Of a stretch of DNA of 64,000 bases, positions 24,701-37,000 are shown one piece after another. The DNA is from Saccostrea cucullata. Its lineage: Eukaryota. A model generated the notes under the pieces. It did no database searches. It was not told where the DNA came from and saw nothing but the letters and a program-made list of their open reading frames with translations. The stretch spans positions 62,001-126,000 of the forward strand of contig NW_026928016.1 in NCBI RefSeq assembly GCF_032062105.1. The letters run 5' to 3'. Numbering within the stretch: position 1 is the stretch's first letter; each line of letters starts with the position of its first letter. A program made the position numbers and the translations under genes.

Positions 24701-26987
24701 CATTAGAAGTGTATCATGAAACATATCATTTATTTAACACACGTAATTTGAATGTTTTCTGTTCTTAAATGGGAAATTCTTCATCAGGCCTAAAATAAAA
24801 TATTGTTTGTTTGCAGTTGCTGACCGGCCCACTGAAAATGCACCCGACCCAAACTTTTTTTTAGCCATTTTGTAATATTATTATTTTTTCTCCAATTTTT
24901 CAGGATATTAAAACTGTTTCATATTCAATTTTTGTCTTCATCAATCATAAGTTTATAACAAGAGTGCAGCTTATTCATGTATAGTGGGCCTATGAAAAAC
25001 TCTATTTAATGTTATCTAACAAAAATCTGGAAACTTTTTTTTTTCAAAAAAAAAAAAAAAAAAAAAAAAAATTGCCTACCTACCTACCCAGACTAAAAAT
25101 TATAGGTCGGCAACTGCAAACAAATAATTTTTTAAGCTTGGCCTCACTGTGTGAAAGTGTGAAGATAATAGATTATTTCTTCAGTTTCAAATACAAATTT
25201 ATATTATTTTGTCTGTCAAAAAAAAAAAATTAATTTCTTAAGAAAATGTTATAATACATGTACTTGTGTTTTTTTTTAAGTGTTTTTTTTTCTGCCAAGA
25301 AATGAACAAAATAAAACAACAGCAAACAATGGGGCTATATCAACCTTATTTCATCTGTTAATATTCAATTACCTGTAATGCTTTACATCTCAGGTCCAAG
25401 CAGATGCCTATCTTCCTCAATACTTTCTAAAAACAAATTCAATGTTAATGAAAAGCAAAAATCATTTTCGTCAAATAAATAAAATTTCCTGAGATGATTT
25501 CATTTAACATACTTTTTGTTCATCTGAGAAAAGCGGAATCTCTGTATTAGCAAAATCATCCAGTTGTCTTGATAGTCTGTAAAAAAGAAGTATAAATAAA
25601 TTTTTATTTATTAAGGCTTATGTCAGACTGGATTTACAGGCAGTGTGTATTTCATCAAACCATAGAGCCAAAATGTCTTAATTAAGAGATCGACTTGAGC
25701 TTAAAAGGTATAACAAAACATTTACTGACTGGGTTCTGGAGGCTCAGAATACATTTTGATGAATACCAGAACCAAACTGATTGCTTTCAGTATGGGCTTC
25801 AGTTTGCTTCTTGACATCAGCAAAACATATTCTACCCATAAACCTTGTCAATAAATGAACAATATTTTATTTTATAACAACAGTTTTGTTTTTCAAGGAT
25901 GTCTTCATATCAATATGTAGGTCTTCATAGTGCGATGGAACTCCAGAGTCTCATGGTCTGTGCCAATCCTTGATGGTCTGACATGCCAAAGTCTGATGGT
26001 GTAGAAAATACTTAACGTTTATGACGTCATAGTACTACTGTGCCAAACTTCGATGCCGTGCCAGGCCAGTGTAATAAATAAGTATTAAATATCATTATGC
26101 AAAAACTAACCCTAATCTCTCAGATAGATGCAAAACTAACCCTAACTGTTCGAAAAGTGTGTAACAACTATAACCTAGATACCTTGGGTGGATGCAAGAC
26201 TAACCCTTATCTCTCAACTTGTGCGAGGACTCACCTTAAATCTCTCAGTTTGATGCAAAGGACTTAACCTAATCAGTCAAGTGGTGTGCGAGAACTAAAC
26301 CTAATATCTCTGGAAGGTGCAAAGCAATAAGCAAAATCAATAAAATTGAATGCGAGGACGAATTCAGAAAAGATAGCTTTTGAATGCAGGACAACGGTGT
26401 CAGTGATTGACATCAAATTATTGTGACATCATAAACTTTAATCGTTTCTCTGCACCATCGTACATTGGTGTGTTAGACCATTGCTCTTTAGCGCAGCGCG
26501 TCTCATAGGAAATGAGCCATCAGACTTTGCCGTGACCATAGGACTTTGGCATCCGTACCAACAACAAACCATTGGGGTTTGAGACCATCAGACTTTGGGG
26601 TCTTACAAATATATCAGGCTCGTCAAAAAAAACAAAAAACCACCCAACTTCGTTGGATAAAAATCATATACAACTGTACATCATAGGAGATCCTATTTAT
26701 TATGTTAATGAAGGCCTGGGAAAGTAGTCTAAGAAGAGTTTTGATAGTGGATAACAATATTTTCTAGCATGTGAGTATTTACAAAGGGGATATAGAGGCC
26801 AATATAATATATATGTTTAAAAAATCCCTGCATGTTTTCTGCCTACACATGTAGTTATAACTCATAATAACCTTTTGTAGCCATCTATAGCTTCAATTGG
26901 TTGGCCCCATAAATCGAAATCTGTGCACTGAGCGAAGGATTTACCAAGCGCCAAGATTGCTTGGCGTTGTTCCTCTTCACTTGTCAT
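6359..26987 (-). CDS. AIDA: Axin interactor, dorsalization-associated protein (AIDA), 10 coding exons, 298 aa
   Basis: Exons: 26987-26872, 25576-25513, 25426-25373, 22520-22466, 16887-16791, 11667-11621, 9441-9313, 9077-8955, 7423-7306, 6452-6359. Total 897 nt, all GT-AG, phases consistent. The protein has the AIDA N-terminus (TDFDLWGQPIEAIDGY, KIGICLDLR) and the C2-type domain (GSLLPRP..VKIERIGLKDA..EPYITVSV, QDTPVA, IFFEFKHFKPKK..STKCWAFME.DE, LLTVKPLYLHL). Confidence 0.96.
6494..7161 (-). mobile_element. HINE-like element, with a nested TA-flanked MITE at 6548-6775
   Basis: AACAAAAGATGTTTGTGAAACAC end, degenerate satellite units, a GACA microsatellite and a terminal hairpin (CCCTTC..AAGGGGGACATTATAAA). 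The nested MITE reads TA|CCGTATATCTG...CAGATACGG|TA. Confidence 0.6.
7598..8020. mobile_element. PIF/Harbinger-type MITE
   Basis: ~40-bp TIRs GGCCATCCTTAAAAAA..GCGGTAACGCG, 3-bp TAA TSD on both sides, internal (CCTA)n. Confidence 0.8.
9785..9990. mobile_element. Tc1/mariner-type MITE (CTGTA termini)
   Basis: TA|CTGTATACAGGG...CCCTGTATACA inverted ends. Confidence 0.6.
10114..11634. repeat. 43-bp minisatellite, ~35 copies, built from the AIDA exon 6 / intron 6 junction
   Basis: Unit on the minus strand is ACAGGGATCTAGAG|GTAGGGCTTTATTGACTCCCAGACTAAGT. The terminal copy is the real exon end and donor at 11621/11620. Confidence 0.97.
12785..13552. mobile_element. hAT-family MITE
   Basis: TIR TAGGGATGTCAA/TTGACATCCCTA. 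Perfect 8-bp TSD CTATAAAC at 12777-12784 and 13553-13560. Subterminal tandem CGAATATT motifs at both ends. Confidence 0.93.
14215..14401. mobile_element. Tc1/mariner/pogo-type MITE (CAGTGG termini), copy 1
   Basis: TA|CAGTGGACCCTCA...GAAGGTCCACTG|TA with internal TCCGGATA repeats. Close relative at 41400-41571. Confidence 0.88.
14940..16826. repeat. 41/42/51-bp minisatellite, ~44 copies, built from the AIDA exon 5 / intron 5 junction
   Basis: Unit on the minus strand is ...CCCAGCTCACAGAACAG|GTAAAYACTCCA... The terminal copy is the real exon end and donor at 16791/16790. Confidence 0.97.
17500..21568. mobile_element. Non-autonomous hAT-like element (composite, no ORF)
   Basis: Perfect 8-bp TSD GCCCTAGC at 17492-17499 and 21569-21576. 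TAG...CTA termini with degenerate TIRs. Clustered ATCGG/CCGAT subterminal motifs at both ends. Confidence 0.8.
18381..18825. mobile_element. Foldback element with a 142-bp near-perfect palindrome (possibly a non-autonomous Crypton-like element)
   Basis: 63-bp arms at 18381-18443 and 18460-18522 (1 mismatch) around a 16-nt loop. A second inverted pair TTTATCCCGCTGAAGAC (~18529) / GTCTGAAGCGGGGTAAA (~18808) follows. The family assignment is tentative. Confidence 0.6.
22841..24644. mobile_element. TIR MITE (CAG termini) hosting a satellite-bearing HINE
   Basis: TIR CAGTCTTGTCGAAAT / ATTTCGACAAGTCTG. Direct repeat CTGTAA on both flanks (22835-22840, 24645-24650). Confidence 0.7.
23011..24352 (-). 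mobile_element. Helentron-type HINE carrying ~7.5 copies of a 156-bp satellite
   Basis: GTAACCATGG-type anchor recurs at 23191, 23347, 23503, 23660, 23816, 23972 and 24128. SubTIR AGCTCTACTGGT/ACCAGTAGAGCT, terminal hairpin AGTCTCTGTCGAGACT, GACA/GACG microsatellite. Inserted in an A/T run with no TSD. Confidence 0.9.
24787..25143. mobile_element. PIF/Harbinger-type MITE
   Basis: GGCC termini, TIR ..TTTGTTTGCAGTTGC, TCA TSD on both sides, (CCTA)n. Related to 7598-8020. Confidence 0.75.
25916..26607. mobile_element. Degenerate foldback MITE with internal spaced CTAACCCTAA motifs
   Basis: Imperfect inverted arms (AAAGTCTGATGG/CCATCAGACTTT; TTTATGACGTCA/TGACATCATAAA) enclose ~30-bp units containing TAACCCTAA. 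Confidence 0.55.
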
Positions 26988-28085
26988 GTCAATTTCTCAC
27001 ATTGCAGATTCGCTTTCGGAACTCCTTGGTTGTTACCAACTTCAAATTCAGATATTGCTAAACACCGGAAGGGTATTATAATGTAACAGTGAGAAGAATT
27101 CCGTGATTTTTGTCATAAATAAATATGGTGTATCTGAATATATACTATACGCTCATCAACTTATAGAATAGGATCATTTATTGTGTTCAAAAGTATTACA
27201 GAATATGAATCAGGACCATATTTATTTAATGAACTTTAATGTGTGTGCTTTATTTGTCATATTTCAAGATTTGTTTAAAAAAAGAAACAAAGATAAAAAA
27301 ATATACCCATGAAAAAATGAAATACACATAGAATGTTTAAATTCCACAAATTAAAACATTTTTATTCATTGAAAATGAATTTGAACGCTGTAACAATGTT
27401 ACAAATTAAAGAATTACTCAGATACTCTTAGGTTGCTCCCCATCCCATTCAGTTGAATATCAAACAAATTAGAAATTGAAAGAACTGATAATAAAGAAAA
27501 AAAATCTGATAGTATATAAACACTACGTTGTCGTTGACTTCAAATGTCCATTCCGTTTTTTAGACTGCACATTTATTAATAGTTCCGAAAAGGTTTTGTT
27601 TTTGTTGTAGATCCAAGATGTTTCGTGAGGTTTTAAACCGTTGTAGTTCATAGTACAATAATTGTCTAAAATATGAAACACGAGCCAATGCATAAATAAA
27701 GCATTTTTTAACAACATATCAACATACCATTAAAAAAAATCAATAATAAAAAGTTTTAGGAGGTCAGGTGCGAAGCATGCGCGGTAGCTCTTGACAAATT
27801 AACTTCCTGTTCGGGATTCGCGGAAGCTCTGTCGAAAAGGCTATATTATCTCATTGTAGTCGAGCCGTGGTAACAAAATGTGATGTATATTGTTTTTAGA
27901 GTCACTATGTATGCAACTGCCACAAGGCAGTTGTCTGTTTTACGACATAAATATACACAATTTGTGCGAAGTTGAAGGTCATGTTGGCTTATTCACTTCT
28001 ATAGAATATTTATGCAAAAAGAAACAAAAAGAATCATCATGGTTTCATGAATTTGTCAAATGCGGATTAGTTCTTAACAGTAGGA
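26988..28085. promoter_or_regulatory. Divergent AIDA / SOS promoter region
   Basis: ATGs are 1.1 kb apart, head-to-head, with local CpG retention. ETS-type CCGGAAG at 27065, ACTTCCTG at 27802 and CGGAAG at 27821; NRF1-like GCATGCGC at 27776. Motif matches only. Confidence 0.55.
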
Positions 28086-31000
28086 ATGTTTCCTCCAAGT
28101 TTTCCTGAAAACTTCAACGCACAAGAGTGGAAGGGTATATTTGTTCAAGCTCTTGAAAATGTAAGTCCAGGAATACGATTTCGAAGTGTTTATATTCATT
28201 TTGAATGCATGACATATTATATTAAACTAGTTATTGTATCATGGGAGGTTGGTATGAATATGAACATGATGTTGTAAGGTTATTTGATAATTTGAAAGAA
28301 GTCCAACACAACTAATCATCTCTTGTAATAAAATCATTAAAAATAGTCGGATGTGTCATTTTACCACCCTATAATCATGATAATGGCTAATGACAAATCA
28401 TTTTGGATAATGATTTATCCTTTTAAAGTATTTTAGTGGTTGCATGCAAAGATTTCTGCAAAATCAAACAAAAGAATCTTGAAAGTAAAAAAAACTTAGT
28501 TGTTGCAAAGGTCTAGTTGGCAATGTAATGCACAAAGGACCAATATAAGTAGTTAGAACATTTTTAAAAAATGAATGCATTTTACCTGCTTTAAAGATAG
28601 AATTTGTCCAATGTGTTGGCAAAGTAGAAAAGGTAAAAGGAGTTTCACTCGGGTCCTTGGACTTAGTTTTTAAGAAGATTGAGTCCAAGCGAAATTTGAT
28701 GTATTCACAAAATAATGTGAAGTCCCAATTAGCATTGTTTCACTGCAGTGTTTATCTTTTTACTCTCTATCCAAACAGCAATAAAACCTCTTTTTTACCA
28801 TGTTTCATCATGTTCATGTAAAATATTATGTAGAGGTAACCATTGAGCTTTATCCCCAAATTCAGGCATATAAATTAATTGATAAAATAAGTATCCTGAC
28901 CCCATACATTTGTTTGAATTCAATTATTAAAAGAAAAATCCTGCTATTGTGATCATAAGAAAATAATTTATTAAAAGTGTTCAAGTGTACGTAGCACATG
29001 TTGTGAAAAGTATTGCTTATTGTTAAGGTAATTTGTATGTAACTAATATATTTTATTATACTTATAGGTTCAGTACCAAGTTCATCCCACATTGATAGCT
29101 AAAGCGGATGCTTTGGAGTACATAGAAAGCCTGATCATAAGTCTCCTGGGAACGTTGTGTGCTGCCCAGCCCCACACAGTCCAGGATGTCACGGACAGAG
29201 TCAACAAGACCTTCCCTGATCCGATCGATAAGTGGGCAAATAGGGATGCGAATATTGCTCTGGAAAAGGGCAAGAAGAATTCCAGTATAGTGCTTCCTGT
29301 GGAGAAAATTCATCAGGCTCTCATAAAGGTACTTTTCTTTTTAACTGATGAAAAATCACCCCAAATTTTTTTTAGTCCTGTTCAGCCTTTCATAATCATG
29401 CACTCTGGATCTGGTCAGTTTTCATGAGACTGTTGCTGTCCAGGTTGGATAAATTATACTGTATATAAATAAACAAATAAAGTTAACTCCTATCACTTGC
29501 CTACAGAATGAATAGAATGGAACATGGTTATGGTATGAATTTTTAGACAAGTATGGTTTGCATGCTGCAATTATGGTCTTTTTCTGTTAATTATTATTTT
29601 AATAAAGTTGATATTTATAACAGAATTAAATAGCAGATATGAGATTCAAAATTAAAGTTATATAGAAACAAAATTTTTCAATGCATGGCAGCCAGGATGT
29701 ACAGGGCTTATTGACACTGACAATGTTATGATTTTTAAAAAAAAAATGAAAATGTCTGCAAGTGCATCCACATTTTAAAGTTTTTTTGTAAACAAGTTTA
29801 ATTAGTATTTATTAAGTCAGAGTGCACTCGCCCAGGGTACCAATGTTAGTCCATTAGTCTCTTACTAATAAATTGATTGGAGTGGATAGACATCACTTGA
29901 CCAATCAGCAATTGTTTTTCATGAAATACGATTTCTGTGTTTGGGATTATCTTGACTTTTTAATCTTGGGTTATGAAAAAAAAACAAAGACCATAAGGTA
30001 ACAATATACCATTCTATGAATAGCAGAATGAATATGTTGAGGATGTAGATTTGCACTTCAATGTTGTGGTCATAGTTATTATGAAGTTATGAAGAGAACA
30101 TTCTAAACTAAGAATGGTAAAGCAATCTTCTTACAGATTTGATTCAAATTTAGTAAAACTTGTTTGACAGGTAGACTAATATATAGAAAAAATCTCATGT
30201 TTAGAAACATGATGTTGTCAAGGGTATAAAAAAATAACAATCTGTGACTGAAAATCTTTCCAAATTGTATGCAGCCTACAGTTATAGACTTCAGTAAAAC
30301 TTTGTGCAAGATAAGAAAACCTTAGTCTTAAGATACTTGTATATAAATGTTAAATTTACAAAAATGGGGGCATTTAACTCTATACAGTAGAGCTACAATC
30401 TCATCAGAGATTATCTTTTGTAGAAAGACTTTGTCACAGTACAAAAAGGTGCAATTAAAAACTTAAAAGTGTAGTACATGTAGTTGAACTGTCGAAAGAG
30501 AAATAAGTTTGTCAGATCAATCTAAAGAAAGAATTGTTTATGTAAAGTGTTGGGTTTATATTACTAGATACATGAAATATTGATTTTGATCTTTGTTGTT
30601 TACAAATTGAAGTTTTAAGTTTTCAGAAAATACACAATATTTCATAACAGAAGCCTTGAGATAAACATTTAGATGTCACATGTTTATTGACACACAAAGA
30701 TAAAATAGACATTACAGAACTGTACTTAAGAGGGCAGGATGCTAGTAGTCTGCATAGGAAGGTTATTTTGTCTTATCAACTGCTACAGTCGTTGTGGTTA
30801 AATAGTTGTAACGTATAAACTTCCTCTACATCACAAACGTAGGTCGGGGCTGTACAGGGAGATAATGCAGTGTAAGGTCAGCTGTGACGTGTGACCTACT
30901 TATGACAGTACATGGACCACTTAGCTGGAGAGAGGACTGCTATGTAGAAAAAATATAAAGAATGTTAAACATCTGTTTACATTTTTTTTATTAGATAATG

Positions 31001-34000
31001 TACCGGTAGAAGATGGAGTTAAAACTGTCAAATATTTATTTATTTCATTAGTTTACTACCAAAATTATAACTAAAATAAAAAAAGAAAGGATAGAATCTT
31101 AATCACTATATTATTTACCGTGGTAAGTAAAATGGGAACTGTCTAGTCCCTAAATTGACAGACTTTGTATAAGTACAAACAGAGTAGAAGGCATGAACTT
31201 TGTCTTAACTCGATCAAGTAGAAGCACAATGAATCCAAAGGGTAACACTGTTTATTTTTCTTGGTGATTTACAGTAAACTACTTCGTCAGTAGGCTGTGA
31301 CATGATGTTAGACTTGTATCTGTGCAGGTGCATGAAAGAAGAGGGGTCCTTGGTTCTCTTTGAATAGTGGCTGAATCAGAAAAGGATGTTTTGAAAGCAG
31401 AATGAAAGACAGGCTCTTTTTGAACATGATTTAAGTTGAAAAATGACCCCAGATTTGATCATTCCTCTCTCTTTTGGTGCCCTGCATAAGGGACACATAG
31501 CTTTCCTATATTGTGATACTTTAAACCAACTATTATTCCCGAGTTGTCAGTTTGAAATTGATTTGCAAGGATTAATTGTCGTGACTGAGGAAACATTCTC
31601 TTTTAGTATAAAAACTTAATAAATGGTTTGGAGTGATTAATATTCTCGAGTTAAAGTAAGTCGCGAAACTAGTCAATAGTTTTCGCTCGTGAATAAGAAC
31701 AGTTTACAGTGTAGTACTTTCGCACCAATGTCCACTGGCAAACATTTTACATATCTCATTATGCCCATTAACTTATTGATAAACTAGTGTTTACCACAGT
31801 ACTTGCTGTGAGGTCACAGCCAAGGTCAAGGTTACAGAGAACATGATATATTTTCTTTGATTTAATTTCAGCTTGATCCCCTTTTAATCTTTTTATTCTA
31901 GAAGTCTGATTGATTTTTGTTATAACCACTATGCAGTATATATGCAGAATTAATGAAAATTGTACTCCCTAACCCTGCATGAAAATAGTTGAAGCACAAG
32001 TCAGAAAGTATTATTTTTGTTTTTATACCTAAAGAAATAATGACTACCTTCATCATGTTCATTCCTGATTGTCTTTACTTGCAGGATGTCCTGGGCTACA
32101 AAATTGAGCATAGTGTGACCTTGTATATTGTGGCTGTACTAGAATACATTGCTGCTGATATCCTAAAGGTAGGTCTGTCTGTATGTTCATCCTCAAGGTC
32201 TGTCCAGGAAAGAGAGGGGCTATGTTTAAAAGTTTCTTAAAATTAAAATATGCATTAAAATATGTTCCATAGCATTTCAAAAACATTCAAGGCATGAATT
32301 ATTATCAAAGAAAAGATATCCTAAGTATATGTTTTAAGCTCCTTTTCACCCATTTTAGTATTAAAAGGGCATATTATTAATTTTGATTTGGAAAGTACTT
32401 TAAATGTGTTACATTTAGCGGTGTATTCTTTACACATTTTTGGCAGAAAGCTAAATCCACTAAATCAAGTACATCACTAAATGACTTGTAAATCAAACAT
32501 TTATGTCTAGCACATTGAGATAGCGTTTAATCAAATCTATGCTAACTTATAGAAAATTTAATTTCTGCCAAATATTATACACACCAAATTTAATACATTT
32601 ACAGTGTGTTGATTATGTTGATAAAGGAAGATATTTAAGATTTACACATACTTATCACATACTATACTACAGTACTTAGTAGGGTTTTCATTGGTTATTG
32701 TTGTATAAATATTCTATTATATGTGTCCAGTTCAGATGACAAGTTGTCCTTTGTTTATTAAATATGTATAAATGTGAAACAGTAAACATATATATACACA
32801 ACACTATTGATCGTGTATGCAGTCATGTATATTTTTGTTTCAATAAAGACAAATTGCATCATCATGTCTCAAAATCGTTGTAAGCTAGACTTGAGTGATA
32901 TTGTCAGGAATCTCAGACAAAGTGGATATTAATCTGTTGATATAGAGGGACTGTAAATTTATTATAATGGAATTTACCTGACATTAATATGAGTTCCACA
33001 AATAGGAGGAAGTTATGGCTACCCTACTCAGTGATGAAACTCGTAGGTTTCCTCATGGGTCAAATTAATACCTTAAAGAAAAGGGTAATGGTCATTTACT
33101 TTGTTGTAATGTGTGAGCTCCAGTAATATTCTCATATGATATGTTACCTTTGTGTAAATGGAGTTATTTCAATGCATATTTATATTATTATTTACATGTT
33201 TCTTTTTTTTAATAGCTGACTGGAAATTATGTGAGAAATATAAAGCACACAGAAATCACATATCAGGACATCAAGGTGGCAATATGTGCAGATCAGGTAT
33301 CTATTTTTCTAAATAACCACTTAGTTAATCAGATGAATTTAATTGATATTTATCTTTATAAACTACCAGTACTTTTCATAAAAGAGAAAACATGAACAAG
33401 CTTTGTGTATAAAATTACACAGTGGGGACAATTTTACAAAAACTGAAAATTGTGTGACATTGAAAATCTGATGTGCTGAAATACACAAATAAATGATTAG
33501 CAATAAATATTGTCTGGAAAAAATATTATTTCAGAAGTTAATACTATGTTTATCTAGATATTTCAAGAAAAAGTATTTTAAGACAAAAGACAAGGCTACT
33601 TCATTTTACAAACAAACTGACTGACATGATTTTGCTTTTGTACAAACCCATTACGTACAAACCATGGAATGCAATAATATCACAGCTTAAGTCTGTTTTT
33701 GTTCTCTGTCCTGTGTACAGGTGTTGATGGACATGTTTTCCCCGGAGGAGGACGTGTCCCTCCCTCTGGTGGAGGAGCCTATTGGTTTGAGGACCGAGGC
33801 TCAGTCCTATGAGGACATTGTTAAGGATTTCATCTTTGAGGAGACTCAGTACATGAGGGACCTCAGCCAAATCATTAAAGTTTTCAGAGCTCCCTTTGTT
33901 AAGCATTTTCCAACCAGCAAGGTAGAACATATTCAATGATTGTAATTCTATACATTGAGTGGCATAAAAGTTATTTAAGGTTGTAATATGTTTTTATGAT

Positions 34001-37000
34001 AATTAAAGGAATCACATCATCCATCTGTCTGCTTTTAAACACTTTATTGTGACATGATAACTCAAAAAGTTTTCAAATTTTTGAAAGAAATATTTTAGTA
34101 TATACATGTATATGTTATTATCATAAGAACAAGTCACCCATTACAATATAATTGGCTATTTCAGGATCTGGAGATAATATTCAGCAATATATTGGACATT
34201 TATGAGTTTACAGCCAATCTACTGAGTTCTGTAGAGGAGCAGGTCGAGGTGGCTGCTGAGAATGAGACGCTGACTGTAGGAATCAGCTTCCTGGACATGG
34301 CAGAGGTAGCAAAAAGTGGAGGGGGAGGGGCGGTTATCTTTAACAGGGGAGGATCTGTTATCATTAACAAAAGTCAATTATATACTGTAAACCAACTATT
34401 ATTCCTGTCATCTTTAATTCGCGATTCGTCAGTTTGAAATCAATCCGCGACAATTAATTTTCGCGACTAAGGAAATATTCTCTACAAATACTTTTAAAAA
34501 ATATTGGTTACCGGCGATTAATTTTTGCGAATTCAAGGAGGTCGCAAATATTTCTCGCACATAAATAAAAGTTGGTTTACAGTATTGCACTAACCGAATT
34601 GTGTAACTAATGAACATGATTATTTCTTACTAGACATTTTTTCTAGTATGGTGTGAAGTGAAAGGAAAACAAGTGTTTGTGTCTTTTTGAGAAAGATCTG
34701 GCAGATAAAATTATAAAAAAGAAAATAACATTGTATGGTTTGTAGGAGGAGGAATTCAGTGTTTATGAGAAGTATGTAGATGATATGTTATCTCCAAGAG
34801 GAAAGGAGAGACTGTACACACTGATGCAGAGAGATGACCTTACGAGAACTCTGGAGGTCAGTATGCAACTACACAAATTACTTCCTGTGTAGGTTTTGGT
34901 CTTCTGTATAAACTGTTGTACGCTTTTAATTGGTAAATCTAAAATGTATTATAATTTTTTATGTAGGATGAGGGTCATGGATTCAAAGATGCTGTCAAAT
35001 ATGTCTTGCCAAAGCTGCTACTAGGGCCAATATACCACTGTCTTCATTATTTTGAAGTCATTAAGGTAAGGAACATGTACTCAACAAACTCTTCACTTCT
35101 TACTTCAGCTACATGTAGCAAAATAGTCATAAATGTTCATGTTTTAAGAAAAAAAGCTAAAGTCTTAAGTTTTGTGTTATTGATGTTTCTCAGGGTTTAA
35201 CAAATGTGAGTCAAAATGAAGAAGATTTAGAGTTTCTGGAACAGGCCAATGGGTTACTAGCATCATTACGATCTGTTTTGGAAAGCCGGATAAAAAATGG
35301 CAATCTTCCCAGAACAAAACCCTGGTAAGAAAATTATATCTCTGTATTAAAGAAGGTAATTACCTGAAACCCTAAATTATGACATTCTTTAAGTCAAAAT
35401 TTAATGTTTAAATGCCATTTAAAGAGGCACATGCGAATAATGGCTTGATACTTTATGAGATATCCCAATGCAGTACCTATAATCTTGTCGTTGTAGGGAG
35501 ACGTCACTGAGATTACAAGGCAGGACTGGGATTCAACAAGTTGTACAAAAGATGTCTGAACTACAGAAAAGTATAGATGGATGGGAGGGCAAGGATATCT
35601 GGCAGAGCTGTAGTGAATTTATTCTGGGTATGTACAGTGTTTTGTGTAGATGTGATATTGCAAAGTAGTTTAGTCTAGTACATGAAATATTGTACAATGT
35701 TCATGTAAATGTATTTGTCAAAGTAAAAGTAAATTCAGGAAAAATGTAACACACCAAGTAAATGTGAAACAAGATCACATCACCCAAGTTCTGATTTCTT
35801 TGCATTGGTTGCCAGTGGAATTCCGCATCCAGTATGAAATATTAATAACAGTATTTAAAGCACTGCAAGGGACGACACCGTCATATATAAAAGACCTTGT
35901 TAATTTTTATTTCCCTTCGAGATCATTGCATTCAGAGAATTCCAGGTGTTTAGTTCAACCTCATGCTCGAACCAAGTCATATGGAAATCGTTGTTTGATG
36001 TTAGCGCAGCTGCACTCTGGAATAGTCTCCCATCAGTTATGAGACATGAACAAAATCTTAACAGTTTTAAAAAGTGTCTAAAGACTCATTTCTTTAAAAT
36101 GGCTTTTTATCATTGACATATAAATATTATTGAAATTTTTATGTTCCTGTCTAAGCACACTTTATGGACTCTTTTTATTTTGTAATACTATTTTATGATT
36201 TGTGGCTATTTAGTATCTCAATTTAATGATGTACCGGGTACATAGTTGTGCCTACTTTCACAATTTTAGGGGCTAATTTTTAGATAATTTTTATAATTGT
36301 TTTCATTACTTTTCTAACTATATGTCTAATTTCAGATTCTTAATTATGTTCCAATTATTGTATATTTTTATCTTTATTTTTAATGTTTAAGCGCTTTAGA
36401 GTAATTTTAATTATATTTAGCGCTATACAAATTTATAATAATAATAATAATAATAAATGACTTTTTAAAGCAGGTTCGTACACTGAATTAAACCTTTATT
36501 GATCGAGTATGTTTCAGTCTTATAACCATGTCTTTTTAGATGGAGTTCTCATGAAACATGCCAAGGGAAAACCAACAGAGAGACATGTGTTTCTGTTTGA
36601 CGGTCTGATCATCCTGTGTAAGCCAAACATAAAGAGATCTTCTGTAACCTACCCCACGGGAGACTTCAAACTGAAAGAGAAGTTCCACATCCGTAAAGTG
36701 GAGATCAGGGACAAAGAGGACACAGATGGTAGGTTAATGAGCTCACTAGAACTGAATGCTCAAGTGAACTTCTTGGATCAGAAAGTAACTGATATCTGTC
36801 AATCTGTCATGCGAAAATCATTCAATTCATTACTCTTAGGGGTAGGGCAAGGTCACAACAGGGGATCAAACTTATAGATTACAAAGAAATTTATTGGAAA
36901 TATCTTTTTTAAAAAATCTCTATAATAGGAAAAATATTGAAATTAAGGTAGGTCCGTACTTTCAGAATTTTCTGTCAAACTGTTTATTTTTCGATTTGAA

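Noticed and set aside
27880-28108. Upstream ORFs overlapping the SOS start
   Set aside because: The TSS is unknown, and the region may be a 5'-UTR intron (acceptor-like AACAG at 28076-28080), so it cannot be called.
35764-36042. 92-aa ORF as a nested gene or SOS exon
   Set aside because: It is a decayed LINE ORF2 C-terminus, and SOS phases are consistent without it.
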